DNA of 64,000 nt from assembly GCA_039815185.1 (NCBI GenBank), contig JBCBZT010000023.1, forward strand, positions 32,001-96,000, read 5' to 3'. Source of the DNA: Cyanobacteria bacterium P01_A01_bin.123. GTDB lineage: Bacteria > Cyanobacteriota > Cyanobacteriia > Phormidesmidales > Phormidesmidaceae. Each line of letters starts with the position of its first letter. Position 1 is the first letter of the stretch. This document shows, piece after piece, positions 21,219 through 31,049 of the stretch. Made by a program: the position numbers and the translations under genes. The notes under the pieces are model-generated. The model saw only the letters and a program-made list of their open reading frames with translations, made no database searches and had not been told where the DNA came from.

Positions 21219-21794
21219 GTGGTGTTTGATTATAAAGGCCAGCGTGTTCCTCAAGTAACCTTTTGGATGTTTGCTGAGGGGGGATGGTACAAGCTTTCGA
21301 CAGCAGATCTCTTTGATCACAAAACCGTGGTGGCGTTTGCGGTGCCGGGGGCCTTTACCTATCCTTATTCTTCTATTCAGCTATTAGGCTACAACGAGTA
21401 TGCCAAGGTATTTCGAGCGAACGGTGTGGCTGAGATCTTTTGCATTTCGGTAAATGATCCGTTTTCGCTAGCAACTTGGGCTGAAAAAGAAGGAGCCAAT
21501 CAGGTGAGCTTTATCCCTGATGTAAACGGTGACTTTACTCGCGAGATGGGGATGATGGTAAACCTTTCTAGTAAAGGGATGGGCTATCGCTCTTTGCGCT
21601 ACTCCATGCTAGTGCGAGACGGGGTGATTGAAAAAATGTTTGTTGAACGAGATGCGGTTGAAATAATCCCGGTGATTTCTAATGCCGAAACAATGTTGAA
21701 CCATATTAACCCAGAGGCCGAGAAGCCTGAGCAAACGATTGTGCTGATGCAAATGTGGCAGACGATGCTTTCTGACTCAACAATTGGTGAATAA
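21219..21794 (+). CDS. Type II (Prx5-like) peroxiredoxin homologue lacking the peroxidatic Cys
   Basis: AVPGAFTYPYSS (canonical PGAFTPTCS), CISVNDPF, PDVNGDFT, RSLRYSMLV.DGVIEKMF; AAGGAG RBS. Confidence 0.85.
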   Translation: MVFDYKGQRVPQVTFWMFAEGGWYKLSTADLFDHKTVVAFAVPGAFTYPYSSIQLLGYNEYAKVFRANGVAEIFCISVNDPFSLATWAEKEGANQVSFIPDVNGDFTREMGMMVNLSSKGMGYRSLRYSMLVRDGVIEKMFVERDAVEIIPVISNAETMLNHINPEAEKPEQTIVLMQMWQTMLSDSTIGE

Positions 21795-21969
21795 AAATAA
21801 CGCAGAAAAAAGGTTCTTGAGGGTTTTGAAGCATCGCCTCAAGCAATCGTCTCATCTGATGATTACTTGAGGCTCAGGACTAGGTCGAGGTGACGCAAAC
21901 CTTCGCAAATCCTTAATGCGGATGAAAGCTAGAGACACTGCTCCACTCAAGTATTTCAACCTTTTACGG

Positions 21970-22923
21970 TTAGGTTCCAAACCGCACTCCTGCTAGCTGT
22001 TGTAAACAGAGCAGAAAAAGTTTGGCGTTAGGCATGTTGCTGTAGGCAAAACTGTATTTCCCTTTGCCTGACCACCACTTGGCATCCCGGTGTTTGAACT
22101 TAAAGTGACCCGCCTTCAGTTCAACATTCTGCATGTCCGCCACAGCAGTCCGCTGGCTATCGCCCTGCTTAGTAACAAACTCTAGGAAGTTGTTGCCCAC
22201 CTTTACAGCCTGGAGATTGCCTTGAAGTGGGAATTCTATGAATCCCTTCTCTGCTAAATCCTGGTTAGCGAATTTGAGGAGATACTGTGTCCAAGAGATT
22301 TCGGCTGAGGTGGCAAGATAATAAGGGTGTAGGACGGGTGGTTGGCCTGATTCGCTGGTGTGAGCGCCTGCGAGCGTTTGATTAGGCTGGTTGCGCTGCT
22401 TCCAGACGTAGCGATAGCTGGTGTATTGGTACTGTCCATTTTTGTAGGTGCGGGTTTGTGTGGTTCGCAGGTCGACGGCATCTGCGAAGTGCATCACCAT
22501 AGCGGTTGGATTGCCTGTAGGTGAGCCTTTGAGGGTATATCGCGCGATGCCCAGCTGACCCACGTAGGAGCATTCTGCTCTAAAGATTTCACCTTCGTAA
22601 TAAGACCATGCTCCTACCGCGATCGCGACCGTTAGCACGATCACTGTCATCAGTGGAGTTGAGATCGACAGCCCAGTAAATGACACCATCATCGCCGCAA
22701 ACCAGGTGGCAAACCCTATGCCAACAGCTGCCAGCAAGGGTAATCCGATCTTTTGGAGCAATGTTCGGGACTTCGGCTCAGACGATAACGAACTGGCGGC
22801 GGTAATGACTGGGCCAATTGTGGCAGGGGGTGCAGCAAAGAATATCTGGTCGGGCGTAATGGGCGTCCCAGCATGATTTCTGACATTCTCTGGAGGCGTC
22901 CAAGCTGGTATCGGGGTTTCCAT
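21970..22923 (-). CDS. Hypothetical membrane protein (2 TM plus soluble domains)
   Basis: 317 aa ORF with two TM segments; C-terminal MPNAKLF resembles IPNFPIF of the ORF at 48004-48840. Confidence 0.7.
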   Translation of the reverse strand: METPIPAWTPPENVRNHAGTPITPDQIFFAAPPATIGPVITAASSLSSEPKSRTLLQKIGLPLLAAVGIGFATWFAAMMVSFTGLSISTPLMTVIVLTVAIAVGAWSYYEGEIFRAECSYVGQLGIARYTLKGSPTGNPTAMVMHFADAVDLRTTQTRTYKNGQYQYTSYRYVWKQRNQPNQTLAGAHTSESGQPPVLHPYYLATSAEISWTQYLLKFANQDLAEKGFIEFPLQGNLQAVKVGNNFLEFVTKQGDSQRTAVADMQNVELKAGHFKFKHRDAKWWSGKGKYSFAYSNMPNAKLFLLCLQQLAGVRFGT

Positions 22924-23064
22924 GACAGGTCTTGATAGAATTGCAAGTCATCTCTGTCTGTCAACAACGGCTTCCCTTCTCATTTCGGATGTGGCAGTGA
23001 TTCATGAATTCGGTAGGGTTTGATGCACACCTTTGTGTTGATATGGAGGCTTAGCTCTTACGGA

Positions 23065-23114
23065 TTGACAAAAATCTGATATCGAATATCATTATAGAAT
23101 GAACATTCGATCTA
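23065..23114 (+). promoter_or_regulatory. sigma70-like promoter and palindromic TetR operator overlapping the tetR start codon
   Basis: TTGACA (23065) and TATCAT (23087); imperfect palindrome TAGAATGAACATTCGATCTA (23095-23114). Confidence 0.6.
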
Positions 23115-23674
23115 GTGATAAAAAGCAGCGCATTTTCACGGCCACTATGGAGTTGGTGGCAGAAAACGGGCTGCATGCTACCCCCATGTCCCAAATTAGT
23201 AAGCGATCGCAAGTCTCAGCGGGTGCAATTTATCATTATTTTCCGAGCAAAGACGCCATTATCAATGAACTTTATCTTGAACTCAAAAAAGAAATGATGG
23301 TGGCCGTCTTCCAAGGCTACGACATTCAGATGCCTTACCAGGAGAGGTTTCTGTTGATATGGCACAATGCCCTTGACTACTTCCTTGCAGAGCCTTTGCA
23401 ACTGTCTTTTACGGAGCAATGTGCCATTTCGCCTTTGATCTCTGAGGCAGTATGCACGGAGGTTAATCGTCTTTTGGCCCCTTTAATGGGATTTGTGGCG
23501 GAAGGAATTGAGTCGGGGCAGCTCAAGCGGATGGAGATTCCCTTATTGCTAGCGTTAATCCAAAGCTCAATTGTTGCGGTAGCCAAGTTACAGACCGCTG
23601 GAAGCCACGCCATTAGTGATGAGCAACGGCAAATAGTCGCGCAGGTTTGCTGGGACGGGCTCAAGGGAAGTTAA
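23099..23674 (+). CDS. TetR/AcrR family regulator
   Basis: GLHATPMSQISKRSQVSAGAIYHYFPSK HTH. Confidence 0.93.
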   Translation: MNIRSSDKKQRIFTATMELVAENGLHATPMSQISKRSQVSAGAIYHYFPSKDAIINELYLELKKEMMVAVFQGYDIQMPYQERFLLIWHNALDYFLAEPLQLSFTEQCAISPLISEAVCTEVNRLLAPLMGFVAEGIESGQLKRMEIPLLLALIQSSIVAVAKLQTAGSHAISDEQRQIVAQVCWDGLKGS

Positions 23675-23702
23675 TCTTTCATCTCAATTTTTTTGCCTCG
23701 AC

Positions 23703-23721
23703 TAGAATGAACGTTCAATTT
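23703..23721 (+). promoter_or_regulatory. Second copy of the TetR operator, upstream of the SDR gene
   Basis: TAGAATGAACGTTCAATTT is near-identical to the site at 23095. Confidence 0.6.
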
Positions 23722-23735
23722 GTGTTTTAAGCTCA

Positions 23736-24539
23736 ATGACTCAATCAATGGAGACCCTCATGGCAAATACGGCATTAGTGACTGGCGCATCGAGCGGAAT
23801 TGGCAAAGAGTTGGCCCGGCTACATGCGCGCAAGGGCGGGGATTTGGTGCTAGTGGCCCGGCGTAAGGCGGCGCTCAATGACCTGAAAGCTGAGCTGGAG
23901 CATGCCTATGGTATCCAAGCCATGGTGATTGCGGCAGATTTAGCCCAACCCGATGCGGCCCGGCAAATCTTTGCGGCCACAGAAGCCGCCAACGTTCAAG
24001 TGGATGTCTTGATAAACAATGCGGGCTTTGGCGGCTATGGCAAGTTCCATGAGCGGGACTTAGCCAAAGACCAAGCCATGATGCAGGTGAATATGGTGTC
24101 GCTGGTGAACCTGACGCATTTGTATTTGCAGGGAATGGTGCAGCGCAACAGCGGCAAGATTTTGCATGTGGCTTCTACCGCCGCATTTTTGCCAGGGCCT
24201 TTGCAGGCGATTTACTATGCCACCAAATCATTTGTGCTGTCATTTTCTCAGGCGATCGCCCAAGAACTTTCTGAAACCAATGTGACTTCAACCGTGCTCT
24301 GCCCAGGGGCGGTGGCCACAGGATTTGTGGCCGCTGGAGACTTAGAAGGCAATGAACTATGGGAGAACGCGGCTACTCCAGAATCTGTGGCTGAGTGTGG
24401 CTACACGGCCATGGAAAAAGGTGAGCTGGTGAAAATTAACGAGCGCCGCTTGGGCTTTCTGTTGAATTGGATTATTCCCTTCTTACCCAGAAAAATGGTG
24501 CTGAAGATGTCGCAACAGTCCATGGAAAAAAGTCATTAG
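23736..24539 (+). CDS. SDR family oxidoreductase (DltE/17beta-HSD-like)
   Basis: TGASSGIG, NNAG, YYATK. Confidence 0.93.
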   Translation: MTQSMETLMANTALVTGASSGIGKELARLHARKGGDLVLVARRKAALNDLKAELEHAYGIQAMVIAADLAQPDAARQIFAATEAANVQVDVLINNAGFGGYGKFHERDLAKDQAMMQVNMVSLVNLTHLYLQGMVQRNSGKILHVASTAAFLPGPLQAIYYATKSFVLSFSQAIAQELSETNVTSTVLCPGAVATGFVAAGDLEGNELWENAATPESVAECGYTAMEKGELVKINERRLGFLLNWIIPFLPRKMVLKMSQQSMEKSH

Positions 24540-24574
24540 ACATTGCCATTAGCTGTTCACTGGGACTTCACCTA

Positions 24575-25750
24575 TCAGGTTGTCTTCCCAACCGTAACCA
24601 AATATAGGGCAGCTTCCTCCGCTCCATCGATATCGAGTAACTGATTGAGCGGATCGTCGAAAAATGCCCCGATGCTGCATACGCCAAGGCCCAACGCCGT
24701 GGCTGCTAGATAAAGGTTTTGGCCCAGATGCCCGGCTTCCATCAGCACATAACGGTAGGTGCGCTCATGATATTTCCAGCGGGTGCGCTGAAAAATGCCG
24801 GATACGACAAAACACACATTGGCTTCTCCTAAGAATTCTTGGTTGAGTCCTGCTTGAATCAGCGGTTGGCGTAAGTCCCCAGCCTTCACCAGTTCTAGTT
24901 TGTGGTGTTCGATAGCGTGGTGGTATAGCCCAGGTTCTAAGCCTTCAACGTGATTAATAATCGGGTAAATCTCCAGGGGATATAGGGCACCAGAAGACGG
25001 TACGGTGCGGAAGTCTCGTTCATCCCAGGTGATGCCTTGGGCCAGGTGTAAGACCTGGGATAGGTGGGCTAAAGATAAGGTGCTGTTTGTGTTGTAGTTG
25101 CGGCGTGATCGCCGTTGGGTAAGCGTGGTGACGAGATCGGGTATTGTGCCGCCGTTTACGGTAGATGGGTTGATTCCTGGATCTGGGAGATCAATCTGTT
25201 GTGCGTTCGGATAGGTCTTGTAGAGGGATGGCTTACTGCCCCAGTTGAGTAGAGTGCCAATCGTTTCTGCATATCCGGGCTGACTCCACCGGTGATAGAG
25301 CAGGCCAAGGTCTGGTTCCGCGTCGGATAATTCCAAGCTTTCACGTGGCGTGATCAAGCGATTGAAGCCAATGCCGGTCGCGATCGCGAGAATAGCCAGC
25401 ACAATATAGCGCCGCCCGGTAAGTTTTGGGCTGGCAGCTTTGACCGGGGCTGGACCGATTGCTGAAGTAACTGTTGTTTGGGGAAGTGTTGTTTGTGGAA
25501 GGGGTTTACTGATGCGATCGCTTGGGTTTTCAGCCCTGGTACGAAACCGATTGCGGACAAACGCTTTGACCCTAACCCAGGTCTGGATCAAATGGGCCAC
25601 AGCTAAAGACATCCAAAGGTACCCGACCTGGCTGTGAAATCCGAAGTGATGCAGGCCCATCGTATCTGCAATCAGGCCCGTAATAAACACATAGATGCTG
25701 CTACCCACCAACAAAACGATCACGACGTAGTCGAGATCACGTCGTTTCAT
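24575..25750 (-). CDS. SagB/ThcOx-type nitroreductase-fold flavoprotein with N-terminal His-bearing membrane domain
   Basis: RRSRRNY, RTVPSSGALYP, KYHERTYRY, EAGH, GVCSIGAF. N-terminal TM helices carry His residues. GGAGG RBS before ATG 25750. Confidence 0.88.
   Translation of the reverse strand: MKRRDLDYVVIVLLVGSSIYVFITGLIADTMGLHHFGFHSQVGYLWMSLAVAHLIQTWVRVKAFVRNRFRTRAENPSDRISKPLPQTTLPQTTVTSAIGPAPVKAASPKLTGRRYIVLAILAIATGIGFNRLITPRESLELSDAEPDLGLLYHRWSQPGYAETIGTLLNWGSKPSLYKTYPNAQQIDLPDPGINPSTVNGGTIPDLVTTLTQRRSRRNYNTNSTLSLAHLSQVLHLAQGITWDERDFRTVPSSGALYPLEIYPIINHVEGLEPGLYHHAIEHHKLELVKAGDLRQPLIQAGLNQEFLGEANVCFVVSGIFQRTRWKYHERTYRYVLMEAGHLGQNLYLAATALGLGVCSIGAFFDDPLNQLLDIDGAEEAALYLVTVGKTT
25472..25501. 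repeat. 15 bp tandem duplication encoding LPQTT twice in the linker
   Basis: TGTTGTTTGGGGAAG followed by TGTTGTTTGTGGAAG. Confidence 0.8.
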
Positions 25751-26004
25751 ATTGCCTCCAGGGACTTTCGCCCCGTTTACCCAGACTTTCACATCATAGC
25801 CAAATGGCTACAAGGTTAGAGTCCAGGAGGCAACCTTAACTAGGCTGCAACCACAGCTCGATAGCGTGCCTTACCATCCCGAACCTGTTGAATAGCTTGA
25901 TTGATATCTTTCATTGCAAACTGTTCGCACATCGGCGTGATGTTGTGGGTAAAGAGCAATTTTGATCGGGTTGATCGATAACACTCTAGAAGTGCAATTA
26001 GTTT

Positions 26005-26949
26005 TTATACAATCGCTAAAACAGCCTTACCTTCAAATTTTCGATCCAGTAAATCCTGGGCATAGCGGGGTGTTTCTGACCAATCTGCCTCAATGATGTT
26101 TGGAACTGTCAACTTTTGATCTGCGACAAGCCGCAACAGTCTTGCTAACGCCATAGAAGAGGGCTGCAATTCGACCTCGGTGTAGAGGGTGAGCCCATAG
26201 ATAGTACGCTGGCCCCCGTTGCCGAAAAGCGCTGGATAGGAAGAAAATTGGAGATCATAGCCACTTGATGCGCCGTAACTGACCAAGATTCCACCTTTTG
26301 CTGTGTTTTCTAGCAACTTACCAAATAGCGAACCCCCCACCCCATCGACAACTAGGCGATAAGGCCCTTCAGTGTTCAATCCAGTGCCGTCGGTGGTCAC
26401 AACCACAGCATCAGCACCCAGAGTATGGGCAAAATCTACCTGCTCCGGCTTGCGAACTTGAGCCACAACCCGCGCTCCGCTGAGTTTAGCTAACTGCAAG
26501 GCAAAAGAGCCAACGCCTCCGGTGATGCCGTTGACCAGTACTGCACTGCCAACCAAGCGAGTTCCTTTGTCAATCGCTGCTAAAGCTGTTAAGCCAGCGA
26601 CAGGTAGGGTGGCAGCTTGGGCATCTGAGACACTGTCAGGAATCGGTGCAAGATAGTTAGGATCACCGATCACATATTCGGCAAAAGCATCCATTTCCGG
26701 TCTCCAGCCAACCACCCTTGTCCCTGTTGGAGGGCCATTACCATCGGCTGCAGATTGGAAGATGGTGCCGACGTAATCCCAGCCAATCGATCTCCCTTTT
26801 TCGGCGTTTTGGGCGGCTGCTATCTCTCCCCGATTAAGCGAAAAATGGGTTACCTTGACCAAATTTTGATGAGGCAGCGGTTGGGGGTCTTGCGTCTCGC
26901 TGAACGTGAGTAAACTGGTCTGGCTAGCGTCTATGATGATGCGTTTCAT
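26005..26949 (-). CDS. Zinc-independent MDR / quinone oxidoreductase-like protein
   Basis: SLNRGE, AATLPVAGLTA, NGITGGVG, GKAVL. Confidence 0.9.
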   Translation of the reverse strand: MKRIIIDASQTSLLTFSETQDPQPLPHQNLVKVTHFSLNRGEIAAAQNAEKGRSIGWDYVGTIFQSAADGNGPPTGTRVVGWRPEMDAFAEYVIGDPNYLAPIPDSVSDAQAATLPVAGLTALAAIDKGTRLVGSAVLVNGITGGVGSFALQLAKLSGARVVAQVRKPEQVDFAHTLGADAVVVTTDGTGLNTEGPYRLVVDGVGGSLFGKLLENTAKGGILVSYGASSGYDLQFSSYPALFGNGGQRTIYGLTLYTEVELQPSSMALARLLRLVADQKLTVPNIIEADWSETPRYAQDLLDRKFEGKAVLAIV

Positions 26950-26996
26950 ATCTATGTTCTTTTGATGATTGAAGAGAGATCCTGGATCATGAATGC

Positions 26997-27287
26997 TTAC
27001 TGTGCAAATAACTCTGCCAGGCCTGTGTAAGGCTTGAGGGAAATAACCTCACAGGTTAGAACACCTGCTTTGACCATGGGCAATTTTTGCAGCTCTGCTT
27101 CAACTGCTTCAAGACTGGACATATCCCAAACCATGACAGCACCGCTCATGTCAGCGATGTAATATACAGCGCGGAGCTTTTCGGTGGCGTAAGCATCCCA
27201 GACCTGAGCGGCTTCTGGCTTCACCAATGGCAAGACTTGTTCGGTGGGTGTGCCTGTTGCAATACGGCCAATCACTAAAACTTGCAT
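26997..27287 (-). CDS. Small dimeric alpha+beta barrel protein (muconolactone isomerase-like)
   Basis: EA..VW..Y.....R, GAV, L.KLPM..AG, L.PY pattern; co-oriented with the MDR gene. Confidence 0.65.
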   Translation of the reverse strand: MQVLVIGRIATGTPTEQVLPLVKPEAAQVWDAYATEKLRAVYYIADMSGAVMVWDMSSLEAVEAELQKLPMVKAGVLTCEVISLKPYTGLAELFAQ

Positions 27288-27703
27288 CGTTGAGGCTCCC
27301 TTAGAAGTGTTGACCGACTCATGCATCTTCTAGGCTTTTGGTGGAACAACTAGAGATGACAACATGAACATTGATCTCTCAGCCTGTTTTTGCAATGCCC
27401 TAAGGACAGTTGTAGTGTGTCGTAAAGCCCATCATAAAATAATCAAAACGCCCGATTTTTACCTGATGAAACATTCAAGGTTAGTATCAACCCAAGTCAA
27501 CATATTTGGGATGAAAATTAGGTGTTTAAGTCGGAGAGATTTAGCTTGATTTTCTCATGCTTGATCTTCGATCAAAATAATAAAATAAGAAACGGTATAA
27601 GCAGTTTAAGCATGTATTTGTACACTAATAACGACCCGCAAATTTGTCAAATAAATATGATAGATAGCTGGTATTGATACAGCCGATTTGGAACTTTCCT
27701 GCC

Positions 27704-28669
27704 GTGACAATTGACTACACCAGGCTCCGTAAACTCGACCTCAACCTGTTGCTTGCGCTCGATGTCTTAATTGAAGAGGCCAGTGTGACTAGGGCGGCAG
27801 AGAAGTTGAACCTGAGCCAGTCTTCGATGAGTCATTCGCTGAAACGATTGCGATCGCTGTTGGATGATCCCATCTTGGTTCGCACGTCGCGAGACATGGA
27901 GGTTACGCCCTATGCTCGTGAAATGAGGATTGCGATTCGTCAGGTGCTTACAGATATTCAGAGCATGCTATTTGAAAGGGAAGCTTTTAACGCCAGAACA
28001 GCCCGTGAGGATTTTCGGATTGCTGCCAGTGATTATGTTGAAGCTACTCTAGGGGGTGATCTCCTACAGAATCTGAGAAACCAGGCTCCCGGCATCCGGA
28101 TCCGCATCAGCAACATTGATCGTGCTGCTGTATTAGAGGGGTTAGACAACGACAGCATTGATCTATTTATTGATGTTGATCTCCCGCATAAAGGCTGGCA
28201 TGTCAAGCAGGATTTGTATCAAGAGGAATTTGTTTGTGTGGTGAGTCGTGTACAAGCTGGTGGGCAAGGCGATCGCGAAAGCGGCTCCTCTGCATTGGAC
28301 AATCGCACGACCGATGAACTATCGCTTTCAGACTATCTCGCGCGATCGCATGTTTTGGTATCCATGCGAGATGATTTTCAAGGGAAAGCAGACCTCATTC
28401 TGGCGCAACAGCAGCAAACGAGAACTGTGGTTTGGTCAACTGCTCACTTCATGGCGGTTCCTTTTTTAATCGAAAATTCCGACTGTGTGGCATTACTCCC
28501 AAGACGGTTGGCTCAAAAGTGTGCCCAATCGATGGGATTACAGTTACTGCCACCCCCCATTGACATAACTGGGTTCACAGTTTCAATGTTTTGGCATCAA
28601 CGCAACACGAATCTGCCACAACATCAATGGTTACGCAATCAGGTTATGGAATCAGCCCAGATGCTTTAA
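27704..28669 (+). CDS. LysR family regulator (NodD/LeuO-like)
   Basis: LDLNLLLALDVLIEEASVTRAAEKLNLSQSSMSHSLKRLR; divergent from the MDR operon. Confidence 0.95.
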   Translation: MTIDYTRLRKLDLNLLLALDVLIEEASVTRAAEKLNLSQSSMSHSLKRLRSLLDDPILVRTSRDMEVTPYAREMRIAIRQVLTDIQSMLFEREAFNARTAREDFRIAASDYVEATLGGDLLQNLRNQAPGIRIRISNIDRAAVLEGLDNDSIDLFIDVDLPHKGWHVKQDLYQEEFVCVVSRVQAGGQGDRESGSSALDNRTTDELSLSDYLARSHVLVSMRDDFQGKADLILAQQQQTRTVVWSTAHFMAVPFLIENSDCVALLPRRLAQKCAQSMGLQLLPPPIDITGFTVSMFWHQRNTNLPQHQWLRNQVMESAQML

Positions 28670-28760
28670 CCGACCTGCCAGCACGCCATCATCAACAGGC
28701 AACACCATCATCCAAGCGGTGTCCTCAGATGCCAAAAATAACAGCCTTTCTTCCAGCTCT

Positions 28761-29351
28761 TTAGATCAAGTAGAACTGAACAAAGACGACTAAGAACAAA
28801 ACATTGCTAAAAATGAGCAGGCCTTTGGTGAGTGGAGATTGCAACAACCGAAACACATACACACTCGTCACCAATGCCAACCCCAACTCAAAAATTACAA
28901 AAATATCCCCATTATGGGCTGGATCCCAATAGGAAATCGGACTCTCAAACCGATAGTTTGTTAATGGCCAGAAATGACGATGGGCATCTTCTCGGTGTAC
29001 GGGTAAATCTGCTAAACAGTGCATCACGATGCTGAAACAACACAGTGCTGCTGCCATGCCCAGGGCTCGATATCGCTGCTGACGGCTGAGCCACAGCCCA
29101 AGACCCACCCCTAATAGCGCTAATGGAATCGAATTCCAAAAATCGAACAGGTTTTGCCAAAAAGGCTCATAGTAAGCCTCACCCCAAATCTGCGATTCGG
29201 ACATATCCGTTGCGAGCTTGCCCCAACCATAGAAGACAAACATCGCCAAGTCAGGTATGAGCCCACCCCAAATAATTGGCCCGTTCCACTCGGGGCGAGA
29301 CTTACGGCCCAGAATGGCAAGATTCAGAATGGCATGGGTCGGTGTATTCAT
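28761..29351 (-). CDS. Membrane protein, metal-dependent hydrolase-like
   Basis: TPTH, G.L.PD, H...D...H..DAHRHFWP, SPISYWD motifs. Confidence 0.7.
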   Translation of the reverse strand: MNTPTHAILNLAILGRKSRPEWNGPIIWGGLIPDLAMFVFYGWGKLATDMSESQIWGEAYYEPFWQNLFDFWNSIPLALLGVGLGLWLSRQQRYRALGMAAALCCFSIVMHCLADLPVHREDAHRHFWPLTNYRFESPISYWDPAHNGDIFVIFELGLALVTSVYVFRLLQSPLTKGLLIFSNVLFLVVFVQFYLI

Positions 29352-29450
29352 AACCCTTATGCTACCGCGCCCAATGATTGCAGGGTCGCTTTTTGAGCTA
29401 CCGTCAGGCCCACTATGCCGTCAATCTTCATGACTTAGCAGCTATAGGCC

Positions 29451-31049
29451 CTAACGCCGAGTCGGTGCAAGATTTTGGTGCATCGGTCGTTCAATCATCA
29501 GAGCCGCCATTGCCGCACTGGCGATCGCCAGTGCAACAGCAATTCCCATCACCACTCGAAAGCCATCAACAAAGGCGATCGCGATCGCCTGTTCCACTGC
29601 CTGATTCATGGCATTGCTCAAGCCGGGCGGAACTGCTGTGGCAGCTAAATTAATAGACTGGGCAGCTAAAGACTGTCGCGCTGATGAGGGTAAATCCAGT
29701 GGTGCGAGGCGGGCTGCAAGGCTAGATGAAAATACCGTCAGCATGACGATGCCTAAAATCGCGATCGCCAGCAAACTCGCTACCCGCGAAACCGCATTAT
29801 TGATGCCAGAAGCGGTGCCCGCATAACGGGTTTCAACCGCTTCCATCACGGTGGTTGTCAACGGAGCAACGCTAATGGCCATGCCCAAACCCAGCACCAC
29901 AATCGCCGGAAAAAACGTAATCCAGTAGCTGCCGCCCACCTGGGGAATCATCATCAGGCCGAAGCCAATTGCCGCGATCGCTGGACCAATGATCAGCGGT
30001 CTACGCGCACCATACTGACTCACCAAGCCCCCCGACCAACGCGATAAGAAAAACATAATCACCGGAAACGGCACTAAAGCCGCCCCTGCCCCTGTTGCTG
30101 AATAGTCTTGTACCTGAATCAAGTTAAACGGCAGAAAAAACAGCACCCCTCCCAAAGCCGCATACAGCAAAAACGTCAATACATTAGCCCCAGCAAAGGT
30201 TTGCGAGTGAAACAACGACAACGGCATCATCGGATTAGCCGTCTGTGCTTCAACCCGCAAAAAAGCGACTAAGAGAAGCACACCGATTGCAATCGACCCT
30301 AAAATCCAAGGATTGCCAAGCCCCAAATTTGCCGATTCCAGCAATCCAAAAACAACACTCCCCAGGCCAAGCACCACTAAAAAAGCCCCCCAGCGATCCA
30401 GGTGCTTCGCAGCCCCCTCGTCTCGACTTTCCGGCACTCGCCCCAGGCTAATGCCAAGGATGACCAGGGCTAAAGGCACGTTCATCCAAAAGATCCAACG
30501 CCAAGATAGTGTCTCAATCAGCCACCCCCCCAGTACGGGGCCAATTGCAGAAGTAATTGCCGTAAAGCCCGACCACAAACCAATCGCCCGACCTCGATCA
30601 GCCGCCGGAAAAGACGCACTAATGATGGCCAGGCTACCCGGAATCAAAAGTGCCCCGCCAATGCCCTGAATGCCTCTAGCCCAGACAAGTTGGGTGATAT
30701 CGGCTGCTAAGCCACAGCCAGCCGACGCGATCGCAAATAGAGCCACCCCCAACACAAAGATACGTCGCCGTCCGAAGCGATCGCCCAACGACCCACCGAC
30801 TAAAATCAGCGCCCCTAAAAGCAGGGCATACGCTTCTACAATCCACTGCACATCTGAGACCGTTGCATTCAGTTGGCTTTGTAGCGTCGGTAAGGCCACA
30901 TTGACCACTGTGCTACTGATGAACGCCATGCTTGAGCCCAAAATCGTTGCGGCAAGCACCCAAGGCCGTGCCTGCTGCTGACAGGGGATTTTACAAGGCT
31001 GAGCGAGAATCACGCCTGCATCACAGGGTTGTCGAATAATGTTGGCCAC
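29451..31049 (-). CDS. MFS transporter (DHA2, 14-TMS)
   Basis: STVVNVALP, GSLGDRFGRRR, GPVLGG..SWRWIF. GTG 31049 overlaps the upstream gene end. Confidence 0.93.
   Translation of the reverse strand: MANIIRQPCDAGVILAQPCKIPCQQQARPWVLAATILGSSMAFISSTVVNVALPTLQSQLNATVSDVQWIVEAYALLLGALILVGGSLGDRFGRRRIFVLGVALFAIASAGCGLAADITQLVWARGIQGIGGALLIPGSLAIISASFPAADRGRAIGLWSGFTAITSAIGPVLGGWLIETLSWRWIFWMNVPLALVILGISLGRVPESRDEGAAKHLDRWGAFLVVLGLGSVVFGLLESANLGLGNPWILGSIAIGVLLLVAFLRVEAQTANPMMPLSLFHSQTFAGANVLTFLLYAALGGVLFFLPFNLIQVQDYSATGAGAALVPFPVIMFFLSRWSGGLVSQYGARRPLIIGPAIAAIGFGLMMIPQVGGSYWITFFPAIVVLGLGMAISVAPLTTTVMEAVETRYAGTASGINNAVSRVASLLAIAILGIVMLTVFSSSLAARLAPLDLPSSARQSLAAQSINLAATAVPPGLSNAMNQAVEQAIAIAFVDGFRVVMGIAVALAIASAAMAALMIERPMHQNLAPTRR

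Noticed and set aside
21830..21960. Possible c-di-GMP-I riboswitch (GCAAA words)
   Set aside because: Lacks the GAAA tetraloop/receptor architecture and lies between convergent genes; more likely terminator hairpins.
24575..25750. RiPP (azole/TOMM) gene cluster around the SagB-like gene
   Set aside because: No YcaO, E1-like protein or precursor peptide is visible nearby.
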